A stretch of 63,295 bases of DNA, the filler included, from Octopus bimaculoides (lineage: Eukaryota): NCBI RefSeq assembly GCF_001194135.2. It is 5 parts of 5 records of this genome, joined end to end, with 100 filler letters (N's around TTAATTAATTAA, not from the genome) between each part and the next. Parts side by side here need not be neighbours in the genome. Positions count along the whole stretch, not along the records: positions 6,210 to 19,088 come from NC_068987.1; positions 19,189 to 41,473 come from NC_069002.1; 3 more parts are not named here. One strand, 5' to 3'. A model generated the notes under the pieces. It made no database searches. It worked only from the letters and a program-made list of their open reading frames with translations, and had not been told where the DNA came from. The position numbers and the translations under genes were made by a program. Shown here one piece after another: positions 12,170 through 24,072 of the stretch (its first letter is position 1; every line of letters begins with the position of its first letter).

Positions 12170-13065
12170 TGCGAGGTCTGTAAATAAAATTATGAGACTT
12201 TTTCAGTAAGTATTTTTATTTATAATTAAATTGCAAATCAACGCTGTCTCCTTCAAAGTAGTTCCCCTGAAAAGCCACACAGCACCCACGTCTCGTTTCC
12301 ACTCTTCACAACAGCGACAGAACTCAGTATCCGGAATGGCGTTAAGCTAGTCAGTTATAGCCCTTTTTTAAAGTTCTCCAACGTGCCAAAATGATGAGGT
12401 GAATTTTCATTGTCGGGAAGACAAAGAAGTCACAGAGACACAGGTCAGAGGTCAGGCGAATACGGGGACTGGGGGACAATAGGGATGTTTTTCCCTGTCA
12501 AAAACTTTGTAATCGAAAGCGCCGCCTGACAAGGCACGTTGTTGTGATGCAGCATCCAGGTATCTTTGATATCTGGACTCACGCGAGCAACCTCTTTTCG
12601 CAGTCTCTCAAAAACCTCACGGTAAAAAAGCTGATTCACCGTCTGTCCTTGAGACACGATTCCATTGCTGTCAAAAAATGCAAACAAGGATGGTTTTGAT
12701 TTTCGATTTGGTCATTCTCGATTTTTTCAACCGTGGTGTGTTTCCAGCGTGCCATTCCAGATCTTTGCGTTTTGTTTCTTGACCGACTCAAAAATTCATG
12801 ATTTATCACCGGTAATGGCGTTTGAGAGAAAATCTGGGTCATTTTCAATCCGTTCCAGGAGATAACAGCATACCCACTTCCTGTTGTCTTTTTTACACGG
12901 GAGTGAGATTTTTGGAGACAAGTTTCACAGAAGTTTTCTTCATTTCCAATTCGTTGGCCAAACTTTGATGAACGGTAGTGTGGCTGAAATTCAGCTTCTC
13001 TGCACTCACAACATAGAGACAGATGAAATTCCGCTAAGCATTTTATCCGGCCTGATAACGATTTT
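12170..13065 (-). mobile_element. Mariner (D,D34D-type) transposon remnant
   Basis: AITGDKS, MLHHNNVPC, YSPDL...CDFFV motifs with stops and frameshifts; TIR-like (T)GCGAGGTCTG at 12170; other end truncated. Confidence 0.85.
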
Positions 13066-15640
13066 GCCTACTCACCACTCTCATTATTATTTCTAATATT
13101 GGTTTCAAATTTTAATGCAAAGCCAGCAATCTCAAGGAAAGGAGTAAGCCGATCACATCGGCCCCAGTGCTCCACTGGTACTTATTCTATCAACTCCGAA
13201 AGATGGAAGGCAACATTGACTTCGGCAATATTTGAACTTACAACGAAAGACGGACGAAATACCGCTAAGCATTTTGCAGGACGTGTTAATAATTTTTTTC
13301 TACCCTAAGCACAAGGCCCGAAATTTTGGGGGGGGGGGAGTGCAGTCGATTAGATCGATCCCTAGTGCGCAACTGGTACTTAATTTATCGACCTGAAAGG
13401 ATAAGAAGCAAAGTCGACCTCTGCGGAATTTGAACTCAGAACGTAAAGACAGACGAAATACCGCTAAGCATTTTGCCCAGCGTGTTAACGATTCAGCCAG
13501 CCCTCATTATGTTTAACAGTAAATGTGTTAATGAAACGGAAACGGAAGACGTTATTCTATTCATAAGGATATAAAGAATATGTGTTCCTCTATATTAATA
13601 TTCAATTCATTGAGCATAAAGAATATTTGTTTTATTATCTGCTCATAAATCACTTTATAGGTTACTAAATTATATAAAAGTACACGGATATATATATTGA
13701 TGTACGTATGAATTTAGTAACACTTCTAAGTTGTGAAAAAGAGTGCGAACTTATGTGAGTGTGTGATAAAACATGTTAAGAGACAAAGAGTGCGAAGTTG
13801 TGTGAGTGTAGGGTGTGTGAGTGTGGAGTTGTGTGAGTGTGGAGTGAGTGTGATGAAATATGTTAGAGACAAGAAATGAAAAGCAAATAATTTCCAGTCG
13901 AGAGACTGTTATGATAGTCGTATATTTTGTAAATTCGCGAAATATCACGAAATTATTATTGATCTTATAACCAGACCAATTATTTCTTCCATCTGTGATT
14001 TTCTTGCGTTAATATCTCTTGTTGTTGTTGGTGGTGGTGGTTGTGGTGGTGGCGGTGGTGGTGGTGGGGTAATGTTAAGCATCAGGCTAGCAACTCTAAT
14101 TATGAAGATCTGTGATCAAAGATGTTGCAGCTGTGATTATCATGTCTTTTATTCGGTCGAAGTGTATCAAGGACTACATCATCCGATGTGCCCCTCAACG
14201 TTTAAGACGGTAGGGTGTGTTTCCAGTGAGATTAGGCTTCTTATTTCTTTATTGCCCACAAGGGGCTAAACATAGAGGGGGACAAACAAGGACAGACAAA
14301 GGGATTAAGTCGATTACATCGACCCCAGTGCGTAACTGGTACTTAATTTATCGACCCCGAAAGGATGAAAGGCAAAGTCGACCTGGGCGGAATTTGAACT
14401 CAGAACGTAACGGCAGACGAAATACCGCTAAGCATTACGCCCGACGTGCTAATGATTCTGCCAGCTCGCTTTCAGTGAGATTAGGCTTCTGTTGCTAGCA
14501 GGTCGAACGATAACATAAGGGTTTTTCGTGACGTATATGACGTTTTAACTCAGACGTTTTGGCGCCATTGATTTGAAGATGTCTTATTTAACAAGCTGAC
14601 ATTTTAACGTTTCCCTCGTTTTAAGGAAGCGAAATTGTTGGCTTTGAGCCAAAATTTAAAATCAATATTTTCCTCCTTTTAAGGTGGCGAGCTGGCAGAA
14701 TACTTAACGGCATTTCGTCCGTCTGCACGTTCTGAGATCAAATTCCGTTGAGGTCGACTTTGTCTTCTATCGTTGCGGGGTCGATAAAATAAGTACCAGT
14801 TGAGTACTGGGGTCGATGTAATCAACTTAGCCTCTTCCTCGAAATTGCTGGCCTTGTGCTAAAATTTCAAACTCATATTTACCTCTGTGGGGGGGAGGGG
14901 AGAATTTATGTGTGTGTGCGCGCGCGCGTCTATTTCTCATTATGTGTCTAAGAGGAGGGAGAGTATTCATATCAATCNNNNNNNNNNNNNNNNNNNNNNN
15001 NNNNNNNNNNNNNNNNNNNNNNNNNNNNNNNNNNNNNNNNNNNNNNNNNNNNNNNNNNNNNNNNNNNNNNNNNNNNNNNNNNNNNNNNNNNNNNNNNNNN
15101 NNNNNNNNNNNNNNNNNNNNNNNNNNNNNNNNNNNNNNNNNNNNNNNNNNNNNNNNNNNNNNNNNNNNNNNNNNNNNNNNNNNNNNNNNNNNNNNNNNNN
15201 NNNNNNNNNNNNNNNNNNNNNNNNNNNNNNNNNNNNNNNNNNNNNNNNNNNNNNNNNNNNNNNNNNNNNNNNNNNNNNNNNNNNNNNNNNNNNNNNNNNN
15301 NNNNNNNNNNNNNNNNNNNNNNNNNNNNNNNNNNNNNNNNNNNNNNNNNNNNNNNNNNNNNNNNNNNNNNNNNNNNNNNNNNNNNNNNNNNNNNNNNNNN
15401 NNNNNNNNNNNNNNNNNNNNNNNNNNNNNNNNNNNNNNNNNNNNNNNNNNNNNNNNNNNNNNNNNNNNNNNNNNNNNNNNNNNNNNNNNNNNNNNNNNNN
15501 NNNNNNNNNNNNNNNNNNNNNNNNNNNNNNNNNNNNNNNNNNNNNNNNNNNNNNNNNNNNNNNNNNNNNNNNNNNNNNNNNNNNNNNNNNNNNNNNNNNN
15601 NNNNNNNNNNNNNNNNNNNNNNNNNNNNNNNNNNNNNNNN

Positions 15641-15680
<40 letters not shown>

Positions 15681-16382
15681 GTGTATGTATCTGTCTGTAT
15701 CAATGTGTTTATCTCCAGCGCCAAAATCTACTACCACCAAAACAAATTTCGCGTCCAATCAACCACGACAAATCACCAGTGTCAATACAGCTGCGCCCAA
15801 TCGTCTCATTCTTCTCGTCATGCAACCATACAATATTTCTACTAATATCTGTGTCACACAATCTGATTAAAATAACACTTAATAGTCTCGATCAGTGCTA
15901 ATTCTTCTCAAAATTTACTGAGTAACAGCCAATGCCTATTTTTTTGAGTAGTCTTCCAGATTATCTAAAAAGGTTGCCTCTTTCCACTGACAAAATATTT
16001 CTGTATTACTTTGTCCTCCTTTATTTAGCCTATGTTTCTTTATTTTATACACAAAAAAACCCAGTAGGGGGCCAGGTATGCCGGTGTGGTTAAGAAACTC
16101 ACTTTGCTACCACGTGGTCTTGGGTTCAGTCCTACTGCATTGCACCCGGGACATGAGTCCTCAGTTCTAGCCCCAGGTTCAGGCTGATTTAAGCCTTGTG
16201 AGAGAACTGGTAGACGGAAACTGTGTGGAACTCATTCATGCAAACATACATACATACATACATACATACATACGTACATGCACATACACACACACATACA
16301 CACACACACACGTATATACACTCAAGTATAAATATATATATGTACACACGCACAACCATACATGCATATATGTGTGTGTATA

Positions 16383-16435
<53 letters not shown>

Positions 16436-17644
16436 ATCTGTGTGTGTGTGTGTAATTATAATTCATGTATGTGTATTTTTACGTTCATGTTTGGCCCTTG
16501 CCATCGCTTGGAAAACGGTGTTAGTTTGTTTACGCCTCCGCAACATAGCTATTTGGCAGAGGAGAATGATAAAATGATACCACCAAACCTTTAAGAAAAA
16601 TAGGAACTGGAATCGATTTGTTCGACGAAACCCTTCAAGGCGCTGCTGCAGCATGACAGCAGTCATGTGCTTGAAACAACTGAAAGATAAAAGAAAAGCA
16701 AAGATTCTAAACGGTCCAGAATAAAACAGAATAATATTATAAAAGATTATCAGAACAAAAAACAAAACAAAACAAGAATAGTAAACGTTTGCGCTTAGCT
16801 GCAAAGAGATGAAGCACAAATGAAATTACTCGGACGCTTGATCTGATTATAAGGCTTTTGATTATGCAGAGATTATTGGTGCTGCCTTTAGAAATGAGCT
16901 AATCATTAGTTTTAGTAAGGTTTTATGAGAAAACATCTCCCAAAATTATGTAGCGAAAAGAAACCCAGTCAATGCGATATATTATCAATATATCTATCTT
17001 TTTTCTTATAAAGTATTCTATGTGATATATCTTATACTAATGGTACTAACATACTGAGTTGTTTTGGAGCCACGAGCACAGTTATTCGATTCGGCTTTTA
17101 TGCAACTTAAGGGTTTCTTCTATATAAATTTACAGCTCAACGTCATTACTCTTCTGTGTACCAATCTGTGTATCGTACGAGGACAGGTGGTGTAAACAAC
17201 AAAAGGATGTATTAGTTTAACGCTCGGGAATAGAGAAAGTCTTTAACGTTTCGAGCTACGCTCTTCAACAGAAAGAATACGGAGAAAACAAGGAAAAAAA
17301 CACGGAGAAAAAAAATTGAATGGTTTGGTCAGCGATCTATCGTGGCGTCTGTATGTATATATATATATATATATATNNNNNNNNNNNNNNNNNNNNNNNN
17401 NNNNNNNNNNNNNNNNNNNNNNNNNNNNNNNNNNNNNNNNNNNNNNNNNNNNNNNNNNNNNNNNNNNNNNNNNNNNNNNNNNNNNNNNNNNNNNNNNNNN
17501 NNNNNNNNNNNNNNNNNNNNNNNNNNNNNNNNNNNNNNNNNNNNNNNNNNNNNNNNNNNNNNNNNNNNNNNNNNNNNNNNNNNNNNNNNNNNNNNNNNNN
17601 NNNNNNNNNNNNNNNNNNNNNNNNNNNNNNNNNNNNNNNNNNNN

Positions 17645-17676
<32 letters not shown>

Positions 17677-18887
17677 TTGATAGGCCCAGTAATTGTGCTA
17701 TTTGTCTTGATTTAATATCTCTTATGGATGCGTTCTGTTAAAACCACAATAAATATCAGAAGGAGACGATCAGCGGCTAGCGAGAACGCCAGATACGTTT
17801 CGGCTTTTTTGAGCCCTTTCAACGGTCCGCACTCGAAAGCAGCCACGTAGTCGAACGAGAATTCGGCGCTTCTGATATAGAAAAATTGAATAAAATATTC
17901 TCTGATGTTGTGAATAGCCTTTCGGCTCTCTCTGATATTTAGTGTTTTTTTACATGGTACGTCCATAAGCGATGTTATTTCAGGAGAAATACCGTAGTAA
18001 CTGGCCTATCGACGATGTACATGCATTAAGTATGATACATACATGGGTGGCTATTTTAATTTAATACTGTCTCAATTGTGTTATGTCGGACTCTGCTACA
18101 TAATCTGCATTCAAAGCTATTACTCTTCCATTCAATTTATCCTTTAAACTATTAAATGTTTGAACTTTAGTTTAAACATAATAAAGATTTTGCTTTATGG
18201 TTTGAAATAGACTCGCAGTGATTTCATACATCCAAACTACACTATGATACGCTTAAAGTTAAATGACAAATACAAACAAGCCTTTGATTTCCTCTTCACA
18301 TAACTGCTAGTTATTATTGATGTGGTGGACCACGGAAGTTAAACAGAACATTCATATATGAATTAAAACGATTCGAAAAATATTTGAACAAGACGGTCAA
18401 TTTCTTTTTTTTTTTTTTTAATAATAGGAGATAAGGAATGTGATCCTACAGTAATTTAAATCGATAAATCATTCTTACCAGATCAGTCATAAATTTCATG
18501 TCATTCTTAAATGATATTATTGCCAATCAATATGCCGATAACTTTAATATACTGATGCTTGTAAGTAAAAGTTTCAAGTGCAGTTATTTCAAAAAGACTT
18601 GAATAACTTCAAAGTTTGTTCTCATCAATTAAGATTACTTTTGAATGTGGAAAAATGCAAAGTATATTTTTGCTGATTTATGCTCTTCATAACAATGTAC
18701 TGTACTATTCTTTATTTAACGTTTATTTCCTTTGTACACAAGACTGGTGCATGTATATGGCTGTGTTAAGTTCGTGGTTCCAGGTCCACAGTTTCTTGAG
18801 CAAGGGTCTTTCTGCTACAGTCTCGGGCCCTCTAATAATTCGTGAGTGAATTTAGTAAATGAAAATTGCGTGGAAGCCCTTCGGGTG

Positions 18888-18936
18888 TCTATCTATCTAT
18901 CTATCTACAGAGTGACAGATTGACAGACAGACAGAC

Positions 18937-18983
<47 letters not shown>

Positions 18984-19008
18984 TAGATAGATAGATAGAT
19001 AGATAGAT
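18888..19008. repeat. Compound (CTAT)/(AGAC)/(AGAT) microsatellite
   Basis: Direct reading. Confidence 0.95.
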
Positions 19009-19088
19009 TGTCAGTATGCGTGTGTGTTTGTGCCCCACCCAATCGCTTGAATTAAAATATAGAATGGCGACTATTTAGCCATCGCACG

Positions 19089-19188
19089 NNNNNNNNNNNN
19101 NNNNNNNNNNNNNNNNNNNNNNNNNNNNNNNNTTAATTAATTAANNNNNNNNNNNNNNNNNNNNNNNNNNNNNNNNNNNNNNNNNNNN
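19089..19188. other. Artificial scaffold linker
   Basis: Same 100-bp construct; 12-mer at 19133-19144. Confidence 0.95.
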
Positions 19189-19227
19189 AGGAGTGAGTGG
19201 GAGAGCCGGTTGAATGATCTATAGATC

Positions 19228-19507
19228 AGGGGGGGGCGTGTGGTGTTATGGGCTGTGACGAGCTATGTGTTGTGGTGGAGAGGGGTGAGGCAAACAGAGG
19301 TGAAGCCAGACCAGAAGGGTCAAATCGGAAGTCGGCGACACACGGTCGAAGGCTAGCACGTGGGGCCAGTCAGAAAACAGCGAGGTTACGAGAAAGACGT
19401 GTTCTGATCAGGAGCGATCGTGTACTCCGCTGCGGTCGACAAGGTAAGGTCCAACGTTTCATTCTGTCCTTTTGCTTCTTGTTGTCTTCTTCCTCCATCT
19501 CACCACA
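19228..19507 (+). mobile_element. PPT plus 269-bp 3' LTR of a second LTR retrotransposon nested in the Gypsy RT
   Basis: AGGGGGGGGCG (19228-19238), then TGTGGTG...CACCACA (19239-19507), a perfect 7-bp inverted terminus. RT homology on the other strand stops at 19508 (PKCKFG). Confidence 0.7.
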
Positions 19508-22500
19508 CCAAATTTGCATTTTGGCAAATTGACGGTTAACCCAGCAGCCTTCAATCTAGGTAAAATTTCCCTCAAATTTCTACAATGACTTTCCCAATCC
19601 ATGTCATATAGGCATAAGTCATCAAGATGACATGTGCAATTGCTTATTCCTTCTGTTACTAAGGTCGTGAGTCTATGGAAAGTCGTGGGGGTATTCTGTA
19701 ACCTGAAGGGCATGACCTTGAACTGAAATAGGTCAAACAGCATAACACAAGCCATGAGAGATTTAGTATGCTTGGTTAAAGAAACTTGATAATAGCCTTT
19801 TCTCAAATCTAATTTGGTTAAGTAGATGGAGTTGCTAACTAAATCCACTAAATCCATCAATCCGTGGAATAGGGAACGAATCCAGTTTATTAACAGAATT
19901 AACTTTCCGACAGTCAATACAAACACGTTGGCTACCATCTGGTTTTGGAATCACGACCACTGGAGAGCTATAATCACTCTTACCAGATTCTATTAAGCCT
20001 AATTCCAACATCTCCTTGACTTCCTGGTCAAGAATTTTCAGTTTGGTTGGGTGCATTCTGTAAGGCTGTTCTTTAATCAGCTTTCTGTCAGTCAACTCAA
20101 TATCCTGCATCACAACAGTAGTGCACCCTGGGCTGTCATTGTCTGAAAATATTTCATCAAAGTCACTAAACAAATCAGTCAACTCCTCACTCTGCTCTAG
20201 AAGTGAACCTGTTACTATCGGTTCAGTAGAAGAAGTGTCTTCTTTGTAATCTGAATTAATGGACGAAGTTCACTGTCTTCCTGATTTTCCACAACTAATT
20301 TGTCCTTGACCGGCATAACAACATTAATGGACTTGGATTCAACATCTCTTTCATGGAATGGTTTTAACATGTTGACATGACAAACTTGTTGCCTCTTTCT
20401 ACGATCCAGAGTTTCAGTCACATAATCCAAATTGTTAAGTTGTTTAACAATTTTGTAGGGTCCAGAAAATCTAGCCTTCAAGGGACTACCTGGTACCTTA
20501 CTATCATATGTCTGTTTCATTTGTTTCTGAGATGTTGACATGTGCAGTGTTAACTTCAGAACACAATCTCTCCTTTGGGGCTACAATTTGCTCCCTAACT
20601 TGCCAACAATCAGATGCTGAGACATCATGTGGCCTCCAGTTCCTCATTAAAACACCATCATGAAGATAAAAACATATTGGCAACTTCTCTGCTTCTTTCT
20701 CTGAGAAAGCTCTAGTATAAAGCTTGCTTAAACTGCAATCCTCTTTCTGCTTAAGGATTAAAGTTTTCTTGTCTGCTTTGAATTCAACTTCGCAAGGATA
20801 AATAGGCTCCTCACTACCAGAATTCAGATCCACAAGGAAAGTATTAGACAAAGCTATGTTACCATCATTAACTGAACTAATATTAGATTCCTCCTTATTG
20901 CTACTAACACTAGCCTCACTATTCATAGCCTTGGTCTGGGACTGAGTCATTGCACATTCAGGAAATATTCCTGGATACAAGCTCTCTAACTTTTCTGTCT
21001 CTTGATCAGTCCTAGGTTTAGACTGCACAATAGGAACTGCATAAACTTTATCACCTGTGATGTCATTGCCTAACAAAAGATCCACACCATCAATAGGTAA
21101 CGTAGTAACTAATCCAACAGTAACTGGACCTACTACATATTTACAATCTAAGTGAACTTGATACAAAGGAATGGAATCATATCCTGCAGTAACACCTTTA
21201 ATCAATACTTCCTTTCCTAAAGGTGTCAGCATGCTAATAGGTATGGCATCATGCTTCAAGAGACTTTGTTCTGCACCAGTATCTCTAAAAAGTGTAACAG
21301 ACTTAGGAGTAGCATCAATACTAGAACTATCCACAACTGAAGTCATAAAAACTAAATCTGCATCAGCAGCATCAGAAACACCGACATCTGGGTCCAACTT
21401 AATCTTAGACAAAACCCCTGTGTCCGAAAAACACTTAAAACCTGATGACACACCTACCTCTACAGAACCTACAACATTTGACAAATCACAACACTTAAAA
21501 GCTGCTTCAGGAACAGCTCGATCCCTGGACTGACCTGCTTGAGGTGCCTTCTTAGCCTTTAACTTTCTACAATCAGCAATTAAGTGTCCGGGAGTCTTAC
21601 AGTAATGGCAGGATTTAGAAGAAGCACTATACAGAGCCTTCTGCTGCCTCTGACCTACTTTTGTTTTCCGAGTAACACCATCTGACTTGATAAACTGTTT
21701 GTTATTTTCATTCTTTGGTTGACGCTTGCTTTTGAATCAATGCATACTCATTGGCAAGTTCTGCTGCTTCAGCTAAAGTATTAACCTACCTTTCAGTTAC
21801 AAAAACTCTCACGTCATAGGGAGACTTATTCAAGAACTCTTCGATCAACATCAACTCTTCCAACTGACCGAAAGTATCAACTTTTTTTAGACCTAAGCCA
21901 CTTACCCCACATGACTTTTTTTCCTAGCGAATTCTATGTAAGAATCAGAGGAATTTTTCCAGTTTGCCTAAACTTTTGCCGGTACACTTCAGCTACTTGT
22001 TCATGACAATCTAATATCTTCTGTTTCAGTAAGTCATAATATGTGCAATCAGCTACACTCATAGCAGAATAGACCTCTAAACTTTCCCCAGTAAGTTTTA
22101 GGCCATTTCAATAACTCAGCTGTTTTCTCAAAAGCTAAGAAATAATTATCCAAATCACTATCGTGGAATCTAGGAACGAAGTTACTAGCACTAACAATGT
22201 TAAAGCGTTTAGATGAAGTAGTAACATCAGCCTCCTCAGACTCAATTTGATTCGCTTTTAATTTTATTTCTAACACTTGAAGTTCATGCGCCTGCTTCTC
22301 TCTACCGGCGGCACGCTTTTCTTGCAGTCTTAACTTTTCAAGTTCATAAGCCATCATTCTTTCACTAGCTGATAATTGAGGGGCGGCTGAATCAGAGTTT
22401 GTCTCATCACCGATGGCAAACATTTTACTCTCAACAGTTAGGGCCTGTTTCACATGCGAAAAAAATTACACTTTTAAGATGACTTACAGATACCTCTAAA

Positions 22501-22708
22501 CCAAGTTTAGCACCCACCTCTAAAAGCGCATCTTTGCTTAATTGATACAGTTCCCTCAAAGTGATGGCATCTTTCTGCAGTAAGGCTTCCGAAATGGTGC
22601 ATTCCATGACTACCGTAGTTTACAATATGGTAAGACACCAGTTAAAACAGGTTTACAAATAATATCACAATGAAATAAAGACAATATTGGTGTGTACAAC
22701 TGTTCGTT

Positions 22709-22726
22709 TCCCGGACAAGCCCCCCA
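22709..22726 (-). promoter_or_regulatory. Primer binding site complementary to tRNA-Pro
   Basis: Minus strand reads TGGGGGGCTTGTCCGGGA, 3 nt after LTR end ...GTCGTAACA. The tRNA-Pro 3' end complement is TGGGGGCTCGTCCGGGA (one extra G, one mismatch). Confidence 0.8.
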
Positions 22727-22729
22727 ATT

Positions 22730-23706
22730 TGTTACGACCTGGTGGCCATAACCCGAATTTACAGAATCAACAAGGATAGGGTGAACCCAAAACAACAACA
22801 CACCATGAAATTTTTTGTAAAATATTAATAATACTTAGCTTAAATACAAAACAAATATATACACGAACAAAAAGCAAATGCCATACGAGACATGCAGTCA
22901 AAATATTTACAAAAGTAACATATATACAGTTCAGAAATTCGGACTCCGAATCCCGGTTTTTGGTTTCATCAAAATTGACCTCACAAATTTGGTTTTTCAA
23001 AAATATGCATTCCAAAAATTTGGATTTCATAAAATCTAGATTTCTATTTTAGTACAAATTCGGTTTTCGAACCTTGGACCTAAACATAAATAAATCTAAT
23101 GTCAAAACAACCACTTAAACTAAAAGTTCATGACACAAAACGGCTGCCAGACTACATCAATAATTATAGTTAAACAATTAAATAGTCAAAAAGTTAGTTT
23201 GTTTTAAATTCACACAAAACTGCTTCATACAAGCATGCTGAGTAACCATTAGACAAAATTTACAATTAGTTGTCTAATACAAAAAAATTGGTTACATGAA
23301 AAAATTAAATTCATACACCCTTTAGCTATTTATACAAATTTTAACATTTATCTTAACAGAAAATAGCTAGCAAAATTACTACACAACCTGCCACAAATGC
23401 AGGGTTCAAAATTCACATCAATATTATAACATAACTTAAGAGTTTTTTTTGTACTTACCCCAGATGTGACACAAATTATTTTAAATCTGACAAAAGTTCT
23501 GACGAATTCTTGGAGCATAAAATAAATCCATAAATGCTTAACACAAAGTACAAAGTGCATAAACTAAACAAGCAATCATTGCTCCCAGAATCCAATTGAA
23601 CAACTTTGTCTCACAGAAAAAACTGGAGTGTACCATTATCTTTGGTTATAAAGATTTGCCAAGGTCTAGCCGATTGGTTATAGTTTCACAGTTTTGGCTA
23701 ATAACA
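22730..23706 (-). repeat. 5' LTR of the Gmr1-like element (outer boundary uncertain: 23706 or 23784)
   Basis: Inner end TAACA abuts the PBS; outer TGTTA candidates give a 5-bp inverted terminus. No second LTR in the window to confirm. Confidence 0.55.
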
Positions 23707-24072
23707 CCTGGCTCCCCCCATTTTGACAATGGACTTCATCCTGACCTTACAGTGCAGCATGAAAAACTATTCACCTGTTTAACATTATAATTTATAATTT
23801 CCTAGCATGGTTAATGTAGGTGATGGCTACTGGGCCGAAAGGTGGCGAGCTGGCAGAATCGTTAACAAACCGGGCGAAATGCTTAGTTGTATTTCATCTG
23901 GCGTTACGTTCTGAGTTCAAATTCCGCCAAGGTCGACTTTACCTTTTATCCTTTCTGGATCGATTAAATAAGTACCAGTTACGCACTAGGGTCGATGTAA
24001 TCGACTTAACCTCTTTGTCTGTCCTTGTTTGTCCCCTCTATGTTTGGCCTCCTGTGAGCAATAAAGAAATAG

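Larger units (their letters stand above)
19508..23706 (-). mobile_element. Decayed Gypsy LTR retrotransposon with Gmr1-type order gag-PR-INT-RT; 3' part (RNase H, 3' LTR) not seen
   Basis: Minus strand: gag from ATG about 22607 (FEKTAELLKWPK) with CHYCKTPGHLIADC knuckle about 21575-21620; protease RDTGA about 21275; integrase N-flank and GPY/F C-terminus (FSGPYKIV...HVNMLKPF, 20330-20500); then RT (YSSPVVVIPKPDGSQRVCID, LDLRKGYYQV, MPFRLQN, HLDD) 20180-19510. Frameshifts; integrase core deleted. Confidence 0.9.

Noticed and set aside
16070-16150. tRNA gene (and similar SINE heads elsewhere)
   Set aside because: A/B-box-like motifs belong to SINE heads; no complete cloverleaf, and they run into SINE bodies.
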